Part shown: in pieces, positions 57,039-64,000 of the stretch
Numbering within the stretch: the stretch's first letter is position 1
Layout of the letters: each line of letters begins with the position of its first letter
Assembly: GCA_965224545.1 (NCBI GenBank)
Contig: CBDCZM010000004.1
Coordinates: 310,034 to 374,033 of the forward strand
DNA: 64,000 nt
Origin: Flavobacteriales bacterium
GTDB taxonomy: Bacteria > Bacteroidota > Bacteroidia > Flavobacteriales_D > Sanyastnellaceae
Direction: 5' to 3'
Made by a program: the position numbers and the translations under genes
The notes under the pieces: generated by a model
Databases searched by the model: none
Told to the model about the DNA's origin: nothing
Seen by the model: only the letters and a program-made list of their open reading frames with translations

Positions 57039-59662
57039 TAATTAGAGCAGTTTAAAGTGAAATTCCAAGCGGTATTTGATGAGCTGTCACATCTAGGATC
57101 TATAATAATTGCAACAGTTCCTCCCATACCAGAAGTTTGAAGTTGAGTACTCCCTGAACCACTAGCACATCCAGAATCATATATTTTGTACCCATTATAA
57201 TAGGCATGAATTCTATCCTTTACACCATACAGCTCATAGGAAATGCTTAATTGAGAACTAAGAGGATCTACAGGAATAGTATATTGTTGAGCCACATTGT
57301 CGCCACTTCCACTATAATTTGTATTGCACTCACCTTGATGTTGATGCTCTGCAGCCACGGAAGGGTTGTCAGGAGAATCAACTCCAGAACCTGAACTTAT
57401 ATTTCCGCCTAGCCCAGAAGTATTACCACCACCTAATTGTACCAATGTTTCTACCAGCTGGTTCATCGCTTGATCGTATGCGGGATCATTAATACAAGCA
57501 GTTCCTGAAGCATTCCACTTGTATCCATTTCTGCAGATACAATAGGTGGTCTGTGTCCTTGAATTGTACTTAGGCTGAGCATTAGGAATGGTATTGCAGG
57601 TCGAATTGGCTAAGGCTGTTGTTTCCGTCATTACGCAGCCAGTTTCATCTCGATTCCATTCATACCCTTTGAGACATTCACAGTAATAGGTTCCGTCACG
57701 TTTGTTAAAAACAGCCTTCGTATTAGGATATGCTCCTTGACATTGATCTGTTTCATTCACGAGTTCACACCCTGTTAAATCAGCCTTCCACTCATATCCA
57801 GAAATGCAGTCGCATACAATACTATCATCTGCATCAGACCAAATAGGACGTGTATTGAGGTAATCACCGCAGTCTGCTAATTCTGCTGCCGTTTCATTAT
57901 TTGGAACACAAATTCCTTCATCGTTCCACTCATATCCAGAGACACAATCACAGATTACGGCTTGTTCCTGAGCACTCCATACCGCAGCTGTATTTGGGAA
58001 TAGCTTACAGTCAGCCCGTTCCACCAAGCTTTCTTGTTCTGTAATACAACCAGTTCCAGCTTCATTCCATACATATCCAGAAATGCAGTTACAGGCCCAT
58101 CCTCCGTTTTCACTATCTATTACGGGTTCAGTATTTGAGAAAGCGTTGCAATAGTCAGGACTAATTTCAGGTGCTGTTTCCTCTCCACTTTCATCCGTTT
58201 TGTCATCATCAGTTTCTTCACCCTTAGACTCGTCTTCATCATCTTTAGGCGTAGTGGAATCCTCAGCTGTTTCGATCGGTTGTTCTTCCTCCTTTTCCGT
58301 ACATGTGGTTCCATCAGTATTCCATTCAAATCCATCGTCACATTCACAAAATTGATTGAGGCCATTTCCTGTGGCATGGGAATTCGGACCACATTGTTTT
58401 TCGCATTCTGAAGTAATGTTGTTAAACTCATACCCAAGTGGACAGCTGGTACCAGCTAGTGTGATTAATGAATAATATGCTTTTTGCTTATGAATGTCTA
58501 TTTCAACCTTTACTTCAGCAGCTTCATCATTTTCATTGATGGCAGTAATGTATCGTGTCTCATTATCCAAACCCCGTTTCAGGTAATAGAAATTGAAGTT
58601 GCCACTGGCATTTGTGTATTCCTGTTGACAGAACCCTGTTCCCTTATAAATTAAATAGTCTCGATCAAAATTTGCTCTAATTCCAACTGCTGGCGTGCCA
58701 TCAGACTGAATAATTTTCCCATAAATAGTAATTGGAGTAAAATCAAGTTGAGAGATAATCTCATCAATTTCAACCATGGGTCTTGAGCCTCCAAATTGAT
58801 ATCCATAATTATCATCTTTTAAGTACTGATTGTACTCGCTTCGCTGTAAATGATATACTAGTTCATCCCAAACCCTTCCATATTTACTATCATAATCATT
58901 CCATGTAGGTTGATCCTTTTTTGGGAATAGTTGAGAAAGATATTTAATGCCACATTTTGAATGAAGCCAACCCTCCAGTTTTTCAGAATCACAACCCCCT
59001 GATATTAGGGTTTGAATAATACCTGCTTTATCGAACAATAGATCTTTCAGCTCTTTGACCTTTTGTCTTGCTCTCTTTTCAAAATCTAGAAACCCCGGAG
59101 AGTTATTGTATATATTGAAAACAGTTTGATGATCAAAAGCTTTGTCTGTCATTCCATTTGATCTTAACCAGGCTATAATGGCTTTCACATCAGATTCTCC
59201 TTGATGGGAGGGGGTCGTTTTGGCTTTATGCCATTTTTCTCCAATATAGAAATACAGCTCATTTGCGGCCAAAACGTTAAAGTAGGTACGCTTATATGCT
59301 TCAGGTGCTGAAACAGCACTTGTAGGCTTCCACTTTTTGTTCTTTTTCACTTCAGAAGCAGAAAAGAATAGGGGGCACACCTCTGTTCTTGGGAATTTTT
59401 CCAAGAAGCTTTTGACTCTCTTATCTTCTTGAACATTAAACATTCCATCAGTATATATACAGCCTTGATTGAAGTTTGCACTAAGCATTCTCCCTATAGC
59501 TTTCGTTGAACTAATCCTCGGATACCCTCGTAAGCCGAAGTAACTATCCCCAGTTAGGATATGTAATATAGGTACAACTATTAAATCCAAAAGGAATGTA
59601 CCAAAAGAAAAGTAAAACACTATTACAAAAAGCACAAGAGGAAGTTCCCGATTTTGTACCAT
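57038..59662 (-). CDS. Large protein with 7 or more novel Cys-rich ~45-aa repeats (C..NT.P......C.C..GY.WN..GT.C), an acidic linker and a Gly/Ser-rich C-terminal domain; N-terminus uncertain because it abuts or overlaps the IS91-like element
   Basis: Repeats of type CN(A/T)FSNTEPV..........C.CISGYVWN.AGTGC at roughly residues 420-700. Acidic stretch EEQPIETAEDSTTPKDDEDESKGEETDDDKTDESGEE. The first ~22 codons are antisense to the IS91-element integrase ORF, so the annotated N-terminus may not be native. Confidence 0.5.
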   Translation of the reverse strand: MVQNRELPLVLFVIVFYFSFGTFLLDLIVVPILHILTGDSYFGLRGYPRISSTKAIGRMLSANFNQGCIYTDGMFNVQEDKRVKSFLEKFPRTEVCPLFFSASEVKKNKKWKPTSAVSAPEAYKRTYFNVLAANELYFYIGEKWHKAKTTPSHQGESDVKAIIAWLRSNGMTDKAFDHQTVFNIYNNSPGFLDFEKRARQKVKELKDLLFDKAGIIQTLISGGCDSEKLEGWLHSKCGIKYLSQLFPKKDQPTWNDYDSKYGRVWDELVYHLQRSEYNQYLKDDNYGYQFGGSRPMVEIDEIISQLDFTPITIYGKIIQSDGTPAVGIRANFDRDYLIYKGTGFCQQEYTNASGNFNFYYLKRGLDNETRYITAINENDEAAEVKVEIDIHKQKAYYSLITLAGTSCPLGYEFNNITSECEKQCGPNSHATGNGLNQFCECDDGFEWNTDGTTCTEKEEEQPIETAEDSTTPKDDEDESKGEETDDDKTDESGEETAPEISPDYCNAFSNTEPVIDSENGGWACNCISGYVWNEAGTGCITEQESLVERADCKLFPNTAAVWSAQEQAVICDCVSGYEWNDEGICVPNNETAAELADCGDYLNTRPIWSDADDSIVCDCISGYEWKADLTGCELVNETDQCQGAYPNTKAVFNKRDGTYYCECLKGYEWNRDETGCVMTETTALANSTCNTIPNAQPKYNSRTQTTYCICRNGYKWNASGTACINDPAYDQAMNQLVETLVQLGGGNTSGLGGNISSGSGVDSPDNPSVAAEHQHQGECNTNYSGSGDNVAQQYTIPVDPLSSQLSISYELYGVKDRIHAYYNGYKIYDSGCASGSGSTQLQTSGMGGTVAIIIDPRCDSSSNTAWNFTLNCSN

Positions 59663-60503
59663 TAGTAAACAAACTTACCAAAAGTTTTATGGTGAACGGA
59701 AAGTCAGAAAGCACCTTAAACAACTACTTGAGATGCCTCTCTCACCTGGCATTACACTATAATAAAAGCCCAGAAACTCTAGAGAAGGAGCAGATAAATG
59801 ACTACCTCTATCACTGCCAGAACCTACATAAAACCCCTTCGGAAAGCTTTTTTAAGCACACCATCTTTGGGCTAAGAGCAGTTTATAAAGTGCTAGGGAT
59901 GGAGCAGAAAAGAGTAGCACTCCCTCAGATTAAACGTCAAAACGAGCTGCCTGTAGTTCTAAATAGAACAGAAGTTAAAGAACTCCTCAAGTCTCCTAAA
60001 TACCTTAAGCACAGACTCATGTTATCTCTTCTTTACGGCTGCGGACTGCGTAGCTATGAGCTCTGTAATCTACTCCAGTCAGATGTGGACTTCGAACGAA
60101 AAACACTATTGGTAAAAAAAAGAAGGGGAACACAGATAGGTATCTGCCATTAAACGACATGCTTATCAGAGGGTTAAAATCATACCTCACCACAGAAAAC
60201 CCTGTAAACTATCTATTTAACAGTCAAGTAACCGATAACGGAAAACCTCTCCCCATCACCACCAGAGCCATACAATGGGTCATCAAAGAAAGCCGCTCTA
60301 AGGTAAACACTAAGAAAAAGTACACTGCCCATACACTCCGGCACAGCTACGCCACACATTTGCTAGAATCGGGTCTGAATATCATGAGCCTAAAAGAACT
60401 GCTAGGCCACGCCCATATCCAAACCACCATCATATACTTACATGTAGCTAATACTGGTAGCTCTGTGAAGTTTAGTCCGCTAGACACACTTTACTCCCAG
60501 TAA
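59596..60503 (+). pseudogene. Phage-integrase-family tyrosine recombinase split into two ORFs (59596-60153, 60159-60503) by a frame change in GTAAAAAAAAG (60110-60120)
   Basis: Upstream ORF ends ..LLVKKRRGTQIGICH*. The -1 frame reads GKKKKGNTDRYLPLNDMLIRGLKSY, matching the integrase core, with downstream HxxRH (AHTLRHSYATHLL) and the catalytic-Tyr region (TTIIYLHV). Confidence 0.6.
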
Positions 60504-60524
60504 CCCCTGTACGCCAAACACACC

Positions 60525-61655
60525 GTGGCAGATGTCTTAAATTTAGAAGCAGATCAGCTAGACTCCATAGCCAGTAACTCATGGAGAAGCAGAACCCTTC
60601 ATGCCATCAGAAAATGCCGCACTAAACACTTAGGAGGCCACCTAGACTGGTGCCTACAGTGCCATAAACTACACCTACAGTTCAACTCATGCAGAAACCG
60701 ACACTGCCCTACCTGTCAAGGACATAAGCAAGAGGAATGGCTTCAGGCACGTAAGAAAGAGCTGCTGAATGTGCCTTACTTCCATGTTGTTTTTACGCTT
60801 CCATCAGAGTTAAATGAGGTAGCGTTGCAACGCCCAGACATACTCTACCCCATACTCTTCAAAACCTCATGGAACACACTATCCGCCTTTGGAGACAACC
60901 CCAAACACTTGGGAGCCAAAATGGGCATGATAGCCATCCTGCACACGTGGGGTCAGAACCTGAGCCTCCACCCACAGCTGCACTGCATAGTGCCTAAGGG
61001 CGGAGTCACACCATCAGGAAACTGGAAAAAAGGAACAGGCAAAGGAGACTTTTTGTTCTCCGTAAAAGCTATGAGTATAAAGTTCAGAGGGCTATTGGTG
61101 GCAGAACTGCGAAAAGAACTTCCAGAACTTCCTCAAGCTTTATACGACTCTCTATTCCGCCAAAAGTGGGTAATTTACGCCAAGCCACCCTTGGGGAATG
61201 CAGAAAACATAGTAGAATACCTAGGGCGTTACACCCATAAAATAGCCATCAGTAACCACCGCATACTAAAAGTAAATAAAGAAAAAAGAGAAGTTACCTA
61301 CAGTTTAAAAAATTACAAGCAAGGCGGAAAACGCACCACCCAAACTCTGAGTACTAAAGAATTCATCAGAAGATTCCAGCAGCATATCCTACCCAAAGGA
61401 TTTACCCGCATACGGCACTATGGATTTTTAAGCAGTGCATGGAAAAAGGAGAAGCTGGCTCACTTACAGCAGAAGTTAGCAGATAGAAACGCAGAGGTCA
61501 TATCACACTGCATAAAGGAAGAAGGCACACTGCACAGAAAATGCCCGAGCTGTAAAACAGGAAAATTAGTAACCCTAATCACCTTTGATAAACGTGGGCC
61601 TCCTAAGAATTACCTGAACATAGCTAAATCCAAACTACTGAAAATGAACTCATAA
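60525..61655 (+). CDS. IS91-family transposase (HUH-Y2 relaxase-like, zinc-binding N-terminus)
   Basis: CxxC...CxxC zinc-binding N-terminus; HTWGQNLSLHPQLHCIVPKGG (IS91 HUH region); paired catalytic-Tyr region (LGRYTHKIAISNHRI); 376 aa. Apparent GTG start. Confidence 0.75.
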   Translation: MADVLNLEADQLDSIASNSWRSRTLHAIRKCRTKHLGGHLDWCLQCHKLHLQFNSCRNRHCPTCQGHKQEEWLQARKKELLNVPYFHVVFTLPSELNEVALQRPDILYPILFKTSWNTLSAFGDNPKHLGAKMGMIAILHTWGQNLSLHPQLHCIVPKGGVTPSGNWKKGTGKGDFLFSVKAMSIKFRGLLVAELRKELPELPQALYDSLFRQKWVIYAKPPLGNAENIVEYLGRYTHKIAISNHRILKVNKEKREVTYSLKNYKQGGKRTTQTLSTKEFIRRFQQHILPKGFTRIRHYGFLSSAWKKEKLAHLQQKLADRNAEVISHCIKEEGTLHRKCPSCKTGKLVTLITFDKRGPPKNYLNIAKSKLLKMNS

Positions 61656-61891
61656 AATAAGAACGGCATAGCTGTATGGCGGAGCCATGTCTAAAAATCA
61701 GAAAAACGCTCTAAAACCTACAGAAACGAGTTCCATTAAAATGAAAAACCAAACCAAGTACTAACTCTATACCACTAGAATAGCTCAGATATTACTGCCT
61801 CAAAGTACTCTGCTACCCAGAGCGTCCATCTTTCTTCTCGAATTACCCCTTATGTTCTAACGGATCAGTCAACAAGATATATAGCGTTGGC

Positions 61892-62737
61892 CTATCGGCA
61901 CCCCATATACTTAGTTATTGTAGATAGCATTTGTTCAGCCAGTTGAAACATTGGCTCAATGAACTGTCCTAGAATGGGAACTTTGCCACCATACTTCGAA
62001 CCTAGAGCAAACAAAGTTTCAATTTTGGCTGAAGGGGAGTCTGAACTAAAAGCAGCATGCAATAGATTGTAATTACCAATTGGGTCTGGTACACTTCTCC
62101 ACCCAGATCGTAAAACTTGTTCAAGTGGTTTTATTTTTTCCAAAATCTCACCGCTAAATCCTAGCGATTGTAATTTATTGATTAGCTCAGGTTCGCTTAG
62201 TTCAGAATATTCAAGTTGAATTTTCCTTAAAGCATCAAATCTCTCTTTCGCAGATGAAAGCAACGCACCAATACCAGAAATAATTTCTACACTCTCTTTA
62301 TCTAAAATAGCGGTAGCTGCTGGTTTCCACCACTGGTCCAAATAACCTTTAAGCTCTTCGATCGTGATGGGTCCTTTTGTGTTTTGAAACTTCTGTACGC
62401 TTTTTGCAATCTCTGTTAGGCTTTTGCTAATATTGGGCTCATCAGGACTCAGTCCTAAATCACTGAATTCATAGAGCAATTGATCAAAATGAGACATTTT
62501 AAGCAACTCACTTTCTATTTTATTTATCCTTTTGTCTACATAGTCGTTAACACTTGCCGGAATGTCTTTTTCTACTTTCTCTATGATTTCCTCGTATTTA
62601 TCTAGGAGTTTCACATGAAGCATGTTTAGCATCTGCTCATTGAACTTATTTTGATCCACATTAATAGATTGAGCATAAGCATTTTTTAGTGGAAGTAAAA
62701 AGAGAATGAGAAAAAAGTATTTGGTCAAGCTGTTCAT
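61892..62737 (-). CDS. Hypothetical secreted protein (alpha-helical)
   Basis: Signal peptide MNSLTKYFFLILFLLPLKNAYAQ. Start moved to the ATG at 62737 because the track ORF N-terminus (to 62839) is read from MITE sequence. Confidence 0.45.
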   Translation of the reverse strand: MNSLTKYFFLILFLLPLKNAYAQSINVDQNKFNEQMLNMLHVKLLDKYEEIIEKVEKDIPASVNDYVDKRINKIESELLKMSHFDQLLYEFSDLGLSPDEPNISKSLTEIAKSVQKFQNTKGPITIEELKGYLDQWWKPAATAILDKESVEIISGIGALLSSAKERFDALRKIQLEYSELSEPELINKLQSLGFSGEILEKIKPLEQVLRSGWRSVPDPIGNYNLLHAAFSSDSPSAKIETLFALGSKYGGKVPILGQFIEPMFQLAEQMLSTITKYMGCR

Positions 62738-62775
62738 TTCGAAAAAGAGAAGGTAACTACTATTGTAGTATAAAG

Positions 62776-62959
62776 CCGACATTCCCCACCCTGTTTTGAA
62801 AATCGAAATTTCCAACCCGTTTCGCTCAAAATTTAACAAATCAATCTCATCTTGTTAAGCAATTGGTGTTCGAAAGGTGAAAATGAAGTACTCCGTTAGG
62901 TCAAAAGAGTGCCAAAAAAGTTAAATTCTCATTTTTTGAAAGGGGGTGGGGAATGTCGG
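62776..62959 (-). repeat. MITE-like 184-bp element, copy 2, inserted ~40 bp upstream of the 61892-62737 gene
   Basis: 100% identical inverted copy of 49144-49327. Flanked by ataaag on both sides. Confidence 0.8.
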
Positions 62960-63221
62960 ATAAAGGTAAGAGTTTTAAAATGCATCTCAGTTGAGTTTAA
63001 ACAGAATAGAACTCCATTTGGGTTCAAATTCCATTGCGGACAGCCAGTTGATTTATTTAGTCATTTATGCCAGTAAATGTACCTTCTATAGACCAATATC
63101 TACCGTCTATAAAGTAAAGTGAAGATTTGAAAATTGAGAGTTAACTAGGTAGTACTTTTGCATTTAACTAACTAAGAGACTAATTATTGGCTTTAAGGCA
63201 ATGGCTTTTAGAACCGAAATA

Positions 63222-64000
63222 ATCAAACAAAATGATAATGAATCTAAAAACATTTATAATAGGATCCGTATTCTGCTTTAGTGCAGTTCAAGTGGTGGCT
63301 CAAACCACAATTACCTTACAGCCAAGTTCACTTGAGGGAAAAGACGCTTCTGTTTGGAGTAATGGACCTGATAATAATTATGAGAATGATCCAAGTAATT
63401 CTGCATATACTTGGACAAACAATGGGGCACTGGGTATAAAAAGATCGTTTATGGAGTTTGATTTTTCCTCTATTCCATCAGACGTAGTAGTTACCAGTGC
63501 ACGACTTTCCCTTTATTACAACCCTACTGCCCCAAATGAAGCATTTGGTGTCCATAATGGAACCAATGATCTTTTTATAAAACGAGTGATTTCTTCTTGG
63601 GATGAGAGCACATTGACATGGGCTAATCAGCCTTCAACTTCAGATGCTAATCAAGTGACTTTACCTCCCAGCACAAGTGAAACACAAGATTATTTAGACA
63701 TCGATGTCACAGATCTTGTGGTTGATATGAATAATGAAGGAAACTATGGTTTTTTAATCAGGATGGTTGATGAAATTAATTACTACAAGAATGTGCTTTT
63801 AGCGTCTAGTGATCATCTAGATAGCTCGATTCACCCCAAGCTTGAAATTACGTATGTAGAGGGTCCTGTTAGTTGTCAGGTAATAAAACCAAATTCGGTT
63901 AAAGGAAAAGACGCCTCTGTTTGGAGTAATGGACCTGATAATAATTATGAGAATGCCCCAAGTAACTCCGCATATACCTGGACCAATAGTGGGGCCTTAG
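63222..64000 (+). CDS. Secreted repeat protein (3' partial; runs off the window) containing near-identical ~590-bp internal tandem repeats
   Basis: Signal peptide MIMNLKTFIIGSVFCFSAVQVVAQ. The segment KGKDASVWSNGPDNNYEN(D/A)PSNSAYTWTN.GAL recurs at 63309 and 63900 with ~90% DNA identity. No stop before the window end. Confidence 0.55.

Larger units (their letters stand above)
59596..61655 (+). mobile_element. IS91-family element (minimum extent): tyrosine-recombinase-like ORF (frameshifted in an A8 run) followed by HUH-Y2 rolling-circle transposase; ends not defined
   Basis: Two-gene architecture typical of Bacteroidetes IS91-like elements. IS91 family makes no TSD, so boundaries cannot be fixed from the sequence alone. 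Confidence 0.55.

Noticed and set aside
57038-59662. N-terminal hydrophobic segment (MVQNRELPLVLFVIVFYFSFGTFLLDLIVVPILHIL) of the 874-aa protein read as a native signal or TM
   Set aside because: These codons are antisense to the start of the IS91-element integrase ORF, so they may be IS-derived. The true N-terminus is treated as unknown rather than asserted.
1-64000. CRISPR arrays, tRNA or rRNA genes
   Set aside because: No short regularly spaced direct repeats and no cloverleaf-compatible segments were found in the intergenic regions inspected (8735-9160, 10986-11129, 28622-28965, 34605-35130, 36643-37083, 41973-42183, 55549-56180). Absence by eye is not proof; a tRNAscan or CRISPR scan would settle it.

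Overview
This 64 kb window comes from a low-GC Bacteroidetes chromosome, most likely a marine Cytophagia or Flavobacteriia lineage. That call rests on several T9SS C-terminal sorting domains of both type A (Por_Secre_tail) and type B (CHU_C), Bacteroidetes-style gene content and LytTR/Y_Y_Y two-component proteins. It is an accessory-like region with unusually many insertion sequences.

Housekeeping genes, in order:
- a partial BNR/Ycf48-like gene;
- a T9SS-secreted endonuclease I;
- a class-V aminotransferase;
- a LysR regulator divergent from a hutH-hutU (histidine ammonia-lyase / urocanase) pair;
- an amino-acid-binding lipoprotein;
- three small outer-membrane beta-barrel paralogs;
- cytochrome c peroxidase, 5-formyl-THF cyclo-ligase and htpG;
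- a LemA-TPM-TPM-DjlA-like module;
- a secreted TLDc/dockerin protein;
- RluA-family pseudouridine synthase and TerC;
- an NfeD-flotillin pair;
- cyclophilin and quinone oxidoreductase;
- a T9SS sulfatase;
- topoisomerase IV parE-parC, with parC carrying a long charged tail;
- a Y_Y_Y/LytS-type histidine kinase with a C-terminally truncated LytTR response regulator.

Mobile DNA, most with boundaries resolved from the sequence (exact inverted repeats and target-site duplications):
- an ISL3 element;
- an IS4/IS5-superfamily element with a textbook A_AAA_AAG -1 frameshift site;
- an intact ISAs1 element;
- a nested insertion pile in which a second ISAs1 element is itself split by an IS1595 and an IS630 element; the whole pile sits inside a T9SS cargo gene that can be reconstructed in frame;
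- a second IS1595 copy;
- an IS91-family element (integrase-like ORF plus HUH-Y2 transposase);
- a previously unrecognised 184-bp MITE-like element present in two 100%-identical copies.

Candidates for genuinely novel biology, for which I can name no family from memory:
- a minus-strand two-gene unit encoding an 874-aa protein with seven or more novel Cys-rich ~45-aa repeats and a translationally coupled beta-barrel partner, immediately upstream of the histidine kinase;
- a fibre-like secreted protein with a conserved C-terminal coiled-coil module, adjacent to a 948-aa T9SS cargo protein;
- a tandem-TLDc plus dockerin secreted protein.

No CRISPR, tRNA or rRNA was recognised.
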